A stretch of DNA of 64,000 nucleotides from Oopsacas minuta. Lineage: Eukaryota; Animalia; Porifera. Below the pieces are notes generated by a model that saw only the letters and a list, made by a program, of their open reading frames with translations, ran no database searches and was not told where the DNA came from. Below are positions 34,940 to 46,051 of the stretch, piece by piece (position 1 is the stretch's first letter; every line of letters begins with the position of its first letter). Location: assembly GCA_024704765.1 (NCBI GenBank), contig JAKMXF010000022.1, positions 883,055 to 947,054 of the forward strand, in the 5' to 3' direction. The translations under genes and the position numbers were made by a program.

Positions 34940-36620
34940 TATATATATTATCACACAGAAAACTAAGAAGCCAAATGGAAATAAGATACATAACATTTTG
35001 ACAACATCTATATTATTAAATCTCAATTGTGGTTTGTCTGTGTGTCTGTGTGTCTGTTTGTTTGTTTGTTTGTTTGTCCGTTGTCAAGGAAAGGATTTAC
35101 GGTATGCAATTTTGGAATTGTCGCGTAACTATGTACGAGCAAAGGCTCGTCGCTTCGCGATAAACTCGGCGCATTGCACCTCGAGGTATCCATTATTCTC
35201 CAAATTGATGGCCCCTTTGAGTATTATAATATAGATATATTTAGAACAATGTAATTCACAAATATACGTATATGGCATACATGTTATTGAATTATTTTGT
35301 AAGATCAATCCCCTTGTAGCTGTTGAGAGCAAGTATCTACGTATATTTTGAGATTTTGCTAATTTGTTTACTTTATATTCATAAAAACAACAATAAATTT
35401 GCATATGAGAAACTTGAAAATGCGAAATTCTGGTACAGCGTACTTAGTTACCCCTGTGTAGCCGTTTAGAGCAAGCCTATCAATAAAAACAACTATATAT
35501 TTACATACCAAAGGACAAACAAACAGACAAACAACAATTGAGATTAAATAATATAGATGTTGTTTACAATACCTTATTTGGACTCGACTACCTCAGTATA
35601 ACCATTGAGAGCATGTTTCTACAACAATATTGAAATTTGTTTACTTTATGTACCTAAATGTAAATAAATATTCACAATATGTTGTTGACGATATTATATA
35701 TTTGGACTCAGTATACTCGATTACCCCAGCACAGTCGTTGAAAGTATAATTCTAACTAAATTTTGAAGTCTGTTTACTTTATATTCATAAACAACAATAA
35801 ATTTACATATGAGAAATTTGAAAATGCGAAATTCGGGATCAGCGTACTTGATTACCCCTATATGACTGTTGAGAGCAAGTCTCTAAGTATAATTCGAGAT
35901 TTCAACTATTTGTTTACTTTATATTCATAAAAACAACAATAAATTTTCATATGAGAAATTTGAAAATGCGACCAACCTGCTAAACCGGTTAAACCTGCTA
36001 AACCTGTTAAACCGGTTAAACCTGCTAAACCTGCTAAACCGGTTAAACCTGCTAAACCGGTTAAACCGGTTAAACCTGCTAAACCTGCTAAACCTGTTAA
36101 ACCGGTTAAACCGGCTCAACTTGCTCTCAACAGTCATATAGGGGTAATCAAGTACGCTGATCCCGAATTTCGCATTTTCAAGTTTCTCATATGCAAATTT
36201 ATTGTTGTTTATGAATATAAAGTAAACAGACTTCAAAATTTAGTTAGAATTATACTTTCAACGACTGTGCTGGGGTAATCGAGTATGCTGAGTCCAAAGA
36301 TGGTATTGTAAACAAGATATTATGAATATTTGTTTACTTTTATGTACATAAAGTAAACAAATTTCAAAATTGAGGTAGAATCATACTTTCAACGACTATA
36401 CTGGGGTAATCAAGTATGCTGAGTCCAAAGATGGTATTGTAAACAAGATATTATGAATATTTGTTTACTTTTATGTACATAATGTAAACAAATTTCAAAA
36501 TTGAGGTAGAATTATACTTTCAACGACTATACTGGGGTAATCGAGTATGTTAAGTCCGAATATGGTATTGTAGCCAACATATTGTGGATATTTGTTTACT
36601 TTTAGGTACATAAAGTAAGG
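34940..36620. mobile_element. Cluster of Helitron-like family copies in both orientations
   Basis: 5'-type ends TCTATATTATT..ATCTCAATTG at 35007 (+) and 35557 (-), (TGTT/TGTC)n tracts, repeated internal units, 131-bp tandem unit about three times at 36232-36620. Confidence 0.7.
35973..36116 (+). repeat. 9-bp tandem array, 16 units (AAACCKGYT)
   Basis: Units aaacctgct / aaaccggtt / aaacctgtt counted directly; reads KPA/KPV in one frame. Confidence 0.95.
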
Positions 36621-37489
36621 TTTTATAGAAAAACAATATTTCATATGATCAATAGATAAGGTAGAAAAGTTGCAAAATGGTGGTAGAAAGGGCGGGATTG
36701 AAAGCTAGGATGGGATCATGACGGGATATTTCTTGGGTTAGCTATCAATTTGGTTATATGAGTAGTTGATCGGGGATTTGAAACCAACTAAATGGTGATC
36801 TGATGGTTTCTATTAGTTATATCATGGTGTAGTATGTGAGATATGATGCTTTATTCAAGGAGAAGAAGAAGGCAGGGTTTTTGCTGTCATTAGTGTTGTT
36901 GGCTCCGACTGTAATTGTGTCTAGGTGTTTTTATCTATCTAGAAATTTGGACCAGGGATTTTTTCGAATTTTACTCGGTCTAAATGTTTCTTTGTTTATA
37001 GACAAACAAACTTTTCAAGAACAATAAACAAGTAAATAGTGTCAAAACTAAATGCAAAAATATTATTCTCCCAAATCAGAGCCAATAAACTCGATAGGAA
37101 CCATTTTGACAAAGTTAAAACTCGATAAAAAACATTCTGACAAATGACATCTTCAAAATTCTGATCAACACAAGCGCCTCGTTTTTATTGCTTAAACTCG
37201 CTCGTATTCTTTCATATTTATTGACTAAAATGATAAATCAATGATTCAATCTTTGTTGAGAAAATATATTATTCTTATTATGGCATACAATGTATGTGTG
37301 GTCTAAATCCAATATTGGTCGTGTACCAGGGCAATCACTCAAGGCTGGCTATGCCACAGGCTGTATGCCAGAATCACACAATGTGAGATCCTAGCACGCG
37401 TGTGATTCTGGCATAAAACAGAGCTCTTTATCATTATTATTTCCCCTCATAAACATCTACAATGTTTATTACCTACTAGAATTGTTAAT

Positions 37490-37993
37490 ATGGCTACAGG
37501 ACCCGTGATAGAAGATAAAACTTTCTTGGAATTTCATGATAACGATATTATAGTCAGAAGTTGGAAAGTTGAGGATCTACCTACAGTACTTGTACTCTGT
37601 AAAAAATTTGCTGTTACCCAGAATATGCCGACTAAGTTTATGACGACTAAAAAACTAGCTGAAGATGGGTTTGGAGAGCATCCTTGGTTTCACAGCTGGT
37701 TAGCAGAAACTACAACATCAGGGGAACCCATTACGATAGGTTTCGCAATGGTATCCCTGTCATGGGATATGTGTAGAGGTTTAGTGTTAGAAGGGTTGTA
37801 TACAGACGAGAATTGGAGGAAGAAGGGAGTAGCCCGAAAACTTGTGAAAGCTGTAGCAGAATTCGCGTTAGAAAATAGTTGTAAATATATAAAATGGATG
37901 TCTCTAAAAGATAATGATAATGCTAACAGTTTTTATAATAAAATCGCTAAGTTATATGGCCCTGTAAATGAATGCTATGTAAAAGTGACATGA
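37490..37993 (+). CDS. Spermidine/spermine (diamine) N-acetyltransferase-like GNAT, intronless
   Basis: LAEDGFGEHP and IGFAM match the SAT1/SAT2 family; acetyl-CoA motif WRKKGVA; N...FY near the C-terminus. Confidence 0.8.
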   Translation: MATGPVIEDKTFLEFHDNDIIVRSWKVEDLPTVLVLCKKFAVTQNMPTKFMTTKKLAEDGFGEHPWFHSWLAETTTSGEPITIGFAMVSLSWDMCRGLVLEGLYTDENWRKKGVARKLVKAVAEFALENSCKYIKWMSLKDNDNANSFYNKIAKLYGPVNECYVKVT

Positions 37994-38096
37994 TATTCTC
38001 ATGGGGTTATTTTAAATATTAAATATACTTTTAGGATAAAACAGTTTTATTTACTGAGAAATTCATTCTTTAGAATTTTAAACTTTGTATAAGTTG

Positions 38097-38585
38097 ATGG
38101 GCCTCTTTACCCGTTCTGCTTGGGGTCTATTAAAGTGCTACTGCGCTTTTCATGTAATCTCTGAGTATGTAGCAGAACCTACATTCCTTGAAGGTCCCTC
38201 TATGAAACCAACTATAAATAAAAATCATAAAATAGAAGTTGCTGTTTTTGAGAAAATCAGTGTAAGAAAGGAGAGATTGAAAGTAGGAGATGTAGTAACA
38301 GCAAAACACCCTTACTACAATGGCATGCGTATTTGTAAGCGTTTAATGGGAATGGAGGGAGATAGAATTTTAAAAACAGATCCAAACACGAACAAAATGG
38401 AAATGGTTATTGTACCTAAAGGTCATGTATGGTTAGAAGGTGATAATGCTGATCAGTCAAAAGACAGTCGTGAATACGGACCTATACCTTACGCCTTGCT
38501 GAGGGGAAGAGCTCTGTGTAAGATCTGGCCACTAGCTGGGAATAAATCATTCCAAATGCCTTCAATTACAGCAAAGGTGGAGTGA
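38097..38585 (+). CDS. IMMP1L: Mitochondrial inner membrane protease subunit 1, intronless
   Basis: GPSMKPT (catalytic Ser), CKRLMGMEGD (catalytic Lys), VPKGHVWLEGDN, DSREYGPIP. Confidence 0.9.
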   Translation: MGLFTRSAWGLLKCYCAFHVISEYVAEPTFLEGPSMKPTINKNHKIEVAVFEKISVRKERLKVGDVVTAKHPYYNGMRICKRLMGMEGDRILKTDPNTNKMEMVIVPKGHVWLEGDNADQSKDSREYGPIPYALLRGRALCKIWPLAGNKSFQMPSITAKVE

Positions 38586-39084
38586 AGAGTTATACAATCA
38601 AGCTCTCATTAATAATATTATTTATATATACGAATTAATGTCTTTAATCACAATTTTAACACTAGCAACTTTTATCATGTCAATTAATTGTCTTCAAAAT
38701 GAACTGCAATACACTTTATGGGTTTATCGTTGAAAACTGTCGTTGGAGGAAGTAGATAAACATATTCACTCAAAGATCTCTGGTTAGAGGACATTTATTT
38801 TGATATTATAAAGGGGGAAATGGGGTGTTACAGGAGATTGGTCGTCCCGACCTCCCCCACTTATAGATGTCCTACTGTGATATTTCATTAGAGTTTACTG
38901 CATTCACACAATGTATAGTTCAATATTATTTATGCTTTTACTGAAGAAACTCAGAATATCAAGATATCAATGAAAATCATATGTATAATTAATTCGCGGC
39001 AATATGAAGATTATATCTTTATGCTATTCACTTTAAAATCATATAAATTCTCCTAAAACTTCAACAAATACTTATTTCGAAACG

Positions 39085-41578
39085 ATGCTATCTAATACGC
39101 TACCTATTATTGCTGCAAAAGAAAGAGGTAAGTATGGTTATTATAATATTTACTGATTAATTTATTGTAATTATTTCTATTTATAGGCCCTGGTCCTGGA
39201 AGATATGTTCTACCGAGTTCATGTGGGTTTGCTAAACATGACAATACGAAGAAACAAAATCCAGCTTATTCATTTGGACAGAGACTCGACAACCTAAGTA
39301 AGATACTGTGTTTGTAGCTACGATAAATTGAATTATTTGATACTGGCTTGGTTTGTGGATATTCAAAGACCAATACGTGAAACGTGATATAAACTACTAT
39401 CAGTCAGGGTTGCTTATTGTGAACCACCACGGGACCAAAAATTGTTCATATAGAGAGACTTTGTACAGGGACTTTAAGTAATCCATAACCCTGACTGTAG
39501 GAGTGCTCTGAAGTGCTTTGTGCCCTATTAATTCCAAATATGATATTTCTTATTTCACTTTTTGTTCAGAGATGAGTTTAATTATACAAAATATTTATTA
39601 TTGTAGATCATTGGAATGATGCTTCTCCAGGTCCAGTCTATTGGATCAATCCCAAAGTGACCAGACATGGACTCGGAGAAGCGAGAACACATTCAATGCT
39701 AACTAGACAGCAATCACAAAGTTAGTTGTCATAATTGTTGCTACGTATTAGATACTTAGAGGCTAATATTAGCATGTATTACTGACAAAATTTCATATGC
39801 GTTGCTATGCTTATGAATTTCATAAAATTGAATATTGGTATATTTTCACGTCATGGGAATGAACGCTAAGGAACGCTATTAGGAGCAAATCGCGTTAATA
39901 TATTGGAGCGATAATTTCCTGAATTAGGTGGTGTATTTTTGTGTGCTGTTAGTAAATACTTCGTATTATAGCAAATTCGCGTAGCAGCAAGGAAAATTCA
40001 TCCGCAATACGATTTGCTAATAGGCTAACTCCACTGTAATTCAAACACTATTCCCTTGTATCTTGTAGAGATATTTCAAACTCCTGCACCTGGTACCTAC
40101 TATCCAGAGAAAGTTCACCCACCCAACGAACAATCAGCACCTGCTTTCTCAATGAGAGCTCGCACTAGAATGTGTACAAGTAAGATTATAGTTATTATAA
40201 TACAGTAATTGATATATTTGTGCCAATTAATTATAGGAAAATGCATTCAAGACTTAAGAGGAAATATACATACAGTGGAACCTGCATAAACCGACACCTC
40301 TATAATCCGATAGCGTTTCTTATCTGAGATAGCTTCCAACAATACTAATTCGCCTGTATTATCCGACAATTTTCTAAACCGACAAAATTTTCATATCCCA
40401 AAGAGTGTAGGTTTATACAGGATCACTGAAATGGATGAGATATTTATGGAACAATGTTTCTAGGTTTTAAAGAAAAAGTAATACAAATTACAGTTTATTT
40501 CTTGGTTCTTTCACAATTTTTTCGCATTTATATAACTCCGTATTCAGGGTTTAAGTATTGAGGCTGAGGAGGCAACTACTGCATCCTTATTCAGTCCGTC
40601 GCTTAATATCTCTATTACAGTCACCAAGGCAAATCTTTGTTCTTAGCTCCGCGCTTCGGATATATAGCATCGAATAATTTCCTACAAAATGTGAAAATAT
40701 TTTCGAATGCATCTAATCAATTAACTGCAATATACAGTATAATTCTTTACGTCCTGCACATCGTTTTCAAGAAGTACCTACCCGCCTAAATTTGGGGAGA
40801 GCTGTACACTATTCTACACTGCATCTATATTATATTATATTTACAGCTGCAGCTACTCCTTCTCCAAACTCTTACACTCTACCCAATATGTTGGGACAGA
40901 AGGTTCCTAATAAGAAAGCTTCTCATGCTTTTTCGATATGTAGTCGTGTTAGTAACGGAGGATATGCTGATGATTTCTCAGGGACACCTGGACCAGGGAG
41001 TTATCAACCAGTTCCTCCTAGCATCACTGCTAAGAAAGCTCCTGCTTATTCTATTCAGAGCAGAACTAATCAAGTAGCTGGTGTGTTTTGTAATATACCC
41101 TAAATAGAATCTATATTACATTCAAAATGTATGCAAATCTAGCTTCATTGCCATTTATTATTCTGAAGTTTTGTGGAATTGTTCTGCTGGTCAATTAAAA
41201 CAGTAGAACTCGTCGTATCTGAATTCTACTATATTTGCATGTTCTGTTTCTGGCCATTGACGTGGTTGAAGGTGACTCTATTAAGCGAGTCTCTTTTAAC
41301 GTGAAAACAATTCTAAAGACTAGCTTAACTATGTCTTACATATTTGGCTTCTTTATTATATTATTCCATGTCTATTACACTCATTGACTCATTCATATAT
41401 CAGATAATTATTATGCACATATGTATGTATGTATGATTTGTTGTATTGTTTAGACAATACCAAGAAACCAGGTCCCGGTACATACAGTCCAGAGCATGTT
41501 AGACTGAACAAGAAGAAAGCTCCTGTCTACTCAATGTCTATTCGACACTCTGAGTATATCACTCCTCTCATGCTGTAG
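39085..41578 (+). CDS. ODF3/CIMAP1-family SHIPPO-repeat ciliary microtubule protein (245 aa)
   Basis: Exons 39085-39127, 39187-39297, 39607-39720, 40069-40179, 40847-41080, 41454-41578 sum to 738 nt in frame; repeated PGPG.Y and PAYS motifs; ends HSEYITPLML. Confidence 0.88.
40273..40428. mobile_element. Tc1/mariner-type MITE in ODF3-like intron 4
   Basis: TA + cagtggaacctgcataaaccgacacc; decayed right TIR gtaggtttatacaggatcactg. Confidence 0.7.
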
Positions 41579-41916
41579 ATTCCATCTTATAACATTATAT
41601 TTAGTGTATTCTACTAAATTTGATTCTGTATTTGCAGTTATTATACAAGTATATCAATAGTCATATGGCCTGCAGTTGTATGGCTGATACCACTGCTGTT
41701 CTGCTTTGTCTCCTTCTATAGCAGCTTGCTGCTAACGATACACTATTTATTGTCTGGAGTATGTATGCTTATTTACGTTTTAGCCTTTTAATTCAATAGT
41801 CAAGTATCTAAGTATAATTTCTGTTCTAATGATTGCCCTTTCAAGGGATATATTGGTTGAGTTTTATAAATTATTTTCAGTGTTCGAGAGGTTTTGTGAG
41901 TTTGGGTGGGTAGAGG

Positions 41917-41924
41917 TGACGTCA
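41917..41924. promoter_or_regulatory. Full CRE palindrome upstream of ATP6V1C
   Basis: TGACGTCA about 170 bp before the ATG at 42092. Confidence 0.35.
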
Positions 41925-42091
41925 TGCTCACCCAAAATGGCCCTAATTGCGTTTATACCTTCAACAATGATACTTGTGTATGGTATTCGATTGCCCTGTA
42001 ATATTACTAAGGAATAGTTTAAATAAATATATTTATTATGATTTCATGAATAATCGTGTCGTATATTACACTGGTAGCTCGCTTCTTGTTG

Positions 42092-43421
42092 ATGGCAACT
42101 GCAACTATAGAATATTGGTTTATTTGCACTCCTTATGACGGTAAAACTACAGCTACATCTCTTGAAGAGAGTACAAAAGACATTGCATTTTGTTCAAAAC
42201 TCAAACTGCCAGACTTCAAAGTTGGCACTCTAGACAGTCTAATGGGGCTGATGGATGAACTCACAAAACTTGAAAGCTCTACAGAAGTAGTTCTCAAGAA
42301 AGTAGCTCAACAGCTGGGGGAGAACTTAAAACACGAGAGTGAGGGAAATATTACAGAGAACTATGTAGCTGCTAGGATGCCTCTAGATGAATATCTCACT
42401 AAATTTCAATGGGACGCAGCTAAATTCCCTATCAGACAACCTCTACCCAATATAGCAGAGATGATTGGGAAACAGGTGAGTATATAGTTATATTAAATGA
42501 TTAACTTCATTATATCTCTGAAATTTAACTCTTCTACATAACTTGTTACAAAACTGGACAAACCCGTTGGTGGTGTCAATAGACATTTCATTTATATATT
42601 ACTTGAGATTATTCGAAAGTGGAAAATTTTGTATATGCGTATTTCTATTTAACAAGGTTGCTCAAATCGAACAAGACCTGAAAGTAAAATCCTCTCAGTT
42701 CAGCACAATCCGTAATCAAGTAGAAGCTATTACACGTAAAAGCACTGGCAGTCTCCTCACTAGATCTTTACATGATATCGTGCGTAAGGAACAGTTTGTA
42801 TTAGATTCTGAGTATATACAAACTGTACTGATTGTTGTGCCTAAATCATTGAACTCAGATTGGCATAACTCCTATGAGAAACTAACTGATATGATCGTAC
42901 CTCGGTCATGCATTGAGATTACAAATGACTCAGAGCATTATCTATATGCTATCACGCTATTCACTAAAGTTATAGACGAGTTTAAGACTCGAGCACGAGA
43001 GAAAAAATTCATTATGCGAGACTTCAAGTACGATGAAGAGGGGATGCTCAAAGAAAAATTGGAGTTTAAAAAGCTCGAACAAGACTTGAAAAATCAAAAA
43101 GGACCTCTCTTACGTTGGCTTAGGATAAACTTTGGAGAAGTTTTCATAGCACAAATTCACATAAAAATTCTACGTCTATTCGTAGAGTCTGTAATACGTT
43201 ACGGTCCTACAGCTGATTTAAATGCTAATACAGTGCGTTTACCAGTTAAAAAGCAGAAAAAAGTGAGAGATATACTTAACAACCTATATTCGCATCTAGA
43301 CACTAGCGTAGGTAATATCAGCCTTGCAGATGTACAAGATATACCAGGACTCAACCTTATGGGTCAGGAATACTATACTTATGTGTTCTGCAAATTAGTG
43401 ATGGATTTCATTCCTAAATGA
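42092..43421 (+). CDS. ATP6V1C1: V-type proton ATPase subunit C (382 aa)
   Basis: Exons 42092-42475 and 42657-43421; PDFKVGTLDSL, FQWDAAKFP, GSLLTRSL, FVESVIRYG. Confidence 0.92.
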
Positions 43422-43967
43422 ATGATCTATGTATTGCTCTATCAAACTATAGTTGTGTATATTCTTCTAGATCTTAGTAATATATTGTATTGAACTAATA
43501 TCTTATTTATATACACAGCTGTTACTGCTGTCAGATTGGTAATTGTGATATTTGATCAATTTCATTGGGGACATGTCGCTCAAGGCCAAAAGCAAAATCA
43601 AATACAGGGTGATGGAACCAAAATCTTGTTCATAATAAAGAGGCTTCATATTAAGCAAGCTTGATTTAATATTAATCATATGGGAATGATTTATAGGGAC
43701 CACCAACTTGGTTGATAATAAGCGATTCTGACTGTAATTCATATAGATTGAGTCCTAGTATACAGCTATTAATATTATCACATACAATGCCTTCCCATTA
43801 TAGATTTTGTCGTTTTCGACCTATGTCCTTCTGACTATTTTGTATTTGGCTCAAAATTCTCTGGATAGCAAAACTTCCAAGTACGAAATGTTAAGTACTT
43901 TTTATAGTCTAATTTCTTATCCAATCCATAATTCGTTTTCTATAGATTGAATTATCAATTATGAATA

Positions 43968-44108
43968 CATTAGATCCTGCATAAATCGATACTCGTTGTG
44001 TCGGTTTATTCAGTTAATTAGTATTATCGGAAGCTATTTCTGAGCAGAAACACTGTCAGATTGAGGTCTTCCGGATTATACAGGTGTCGGCTTAAGCAGG
44101 TTCCACTG
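43968..44108. mobile_element. Tc1/mariner-type MITE (same family as 40273)
   Basis: Right TIR ccggattatacaggtgtcggcttaagcaggttccactg + TA; decayed left TIR cattagatcctgcataaatcg. Confidence 0.7.
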
Positions 44109-44214
44109 TATGTATGTATCATGTAGATACTTATAATTGAATGCAATTCTCACAATTCTCAGGAACCTAACCCCCTCCAATGGCGAGGGCTGCCTGTCCA
44201 TATCCCCATTCTCC

Positions 44215-44967
44215 CTACAACCTCTTGTTGAGAGAATCTCTGCAGAAACTAGACTGATACGGGATGACTACCCATAATTCTCTCCACTGCTTTCGCTTTT
44301 GTAGAGAAAACTTGTTATTGATGAGAGTGAGGCTCTTTTCGTATTTATTAACCAAGTAACTGGAAAAATATTCATATTTAATTGTAGATGAATATATAGC
44401 GTCTGACATTATGAGTTTACTTATTTTTTGAGGTAAAATAGCTGTCACAATCAGGGTTTCATCCAGGTGTATGCAACGCGCCTACAGGCGCATGAATTTC
44501 AGCGAATATAGATCTAGGCGCGTCAAAATTCGAGCAAGACCCAATACCGTAATACTATATGTATACTCTAGGCGCGCATAAAAATGAGGGGGAAAGTTTT
44601 AGGCTTATGGTTCAGAATTGCTGCATGAAACCCTGGTCACAATCATTGCTATAAAACTACCCAAACTATGTCCGACCAGAATAGCTTGCTCCCAAGATAG
44701 ATACTTCAGTACTTCAATAATTGTAGATATAATACTGAAAAATTGGTAAGGGTTTTTCTCAGAGTAGTGATCGGATAATCCGTGTCCTAGAGTCATTTCT
44801 TGAGGAAAATATATGATTAGTGGGTCGAAGCTAGCTGCATTGTCTAGGTGGCCATGAATCATTAATACTCCAGAGTGTTCGGTTGTGTGTGAGCATTGAG
44901 AAATCCAGAGTTTACCAGCCAAAAGTACCTGATGAAATGGGAATTTCACTTTGTAACTATGATTCAT
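44215..44967 (-). pseudogene. Serine hydrolase-like (SERHL) alpha/beta hydrolase disrupted by a MITE
   Basis: HGHLDNAASFD, GHGLSDH, LVGHSLG; removing 44452-44635 plus one TSD copy restores IAMIVTAILPQKISKLIMSD; product still short for the family. Confidence 0.75.
44452..44635. mobile_element. hAT-type MITE (184 bp)
   Basis: Perfect 11-bp TIR cagggtttcat/atgaaaccctg; perfect 8-bp TSD GTCACAAT at 44444-44451 and 44636-44643. Confidence 0.92.
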
Positions 44968-45447
44968 CTTACTTGTAGGAACCTTATATGAAAAATTATA
45001 GTATTAAAACTCCAGTACGTTGTATCTCAAATATGACCAAGGTCCTAAATCTTTTTTTCAGTGAGAGTACACTCTGACCTACATTTTAGCTTTTTAGAGG
45101 ATATAAAACGGACAAATAGTTTTTGAGATATGGCCATGCTAAGTGGTTTAGGAGATATCAATGCCATACACATATATGTATATATATATACTGTCGTATA
45201 AATCATTAAAATGACAAATATTTGAGATCTTTGAACTGTGCTGAAGTGATGTAATCCATTCAGAAAAGTGAAAATTTTGTCAAGATTCTACACGTTACCT
45301 TTGTTGCTATCTTTGTTTATTTTATAATTTTACTAAAACTAGTCTCTACCCACCAATTTATATTTACATTATCTGTATTGCAAATGGAATAGTAATTTTA
45401 TATACAAAAAAACATTTTAACTTTGTTAAATTGGATCCCACTATACT

Positions 45448-45623
45448 CAGTGGCGGCGATAGCCCGCCACTCCTGATGGGGCTAAAAATGGTTGTGTTTA
45501 TCTTTATGGGGCTGACCTAGCTTGCATTTCGGATACGTAGTAATGATCTTAACGAAGTTTGTCAAATTTATCCTAAGTGATGGGACTGAGAGAATCTTTG
45601 ATGGGGCGTTAGCGCCGCCACTG
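45448..45623. mobile_element. hAT-type MITE (176 bp)
   Basis: TIR cagtggcggcg/cgccgccactg; flanks actatact / actttact (7/8 TSD match). Confidence 0.8.
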
Positions 45624-46051
45624 ACTTTACTCTTTTCGCCAGTTAAATGTATCCAAAGTTCAGTTACAGGAATCTGTATTTATGATTTATTCCATGGTTC
45701 GAATCTTAACCCCTTTCATTATCACATTCACCTTTTACAATACAAATTAATTGAAGCCACACCAGTTCAAATAAGTTCTCCTATAACATGTCAAACCCTA
45801 TCCTGCCATATGAACGAGTCCTCAAAAGTGTACAGTATGCGCTGCCACTATTCATCTATTAACTTCTTTGTCAGAGCATATTGCTTTTGATAGTTTGTTT
45901 TATATTTTAAAAGTTTCCTCAGAAATTATTCATTTCACGAATCCCTACTTTTCCAATATTCTATGTTAGAAGTTATAAAAGTTATTTAGTTTGCTTTTTT
46001 CAAAAAATTTCTATTTCTATTTCTACTCAAACATATTTCCAACCTCTTAGC

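Noticed and set aside
35925-36236. Minus-strand ORF with (RFN/RFS)n repeat
   Set aside because: It is only the reverse reading of the 9-bp array within repeat DNA; variation fits the KPA/KPV frame better.
35973-36620. Possible CRISPR-like array
   Set aside because: Eukaryotic context; tandem units without unique spacers; no cas genes.
41660-41770. Candidate small ncRNA or SL RNA downstream of the ODF3-like gene
   Set aside because: No Sm site, donor-bearing leader or recognisable fold found by eye.
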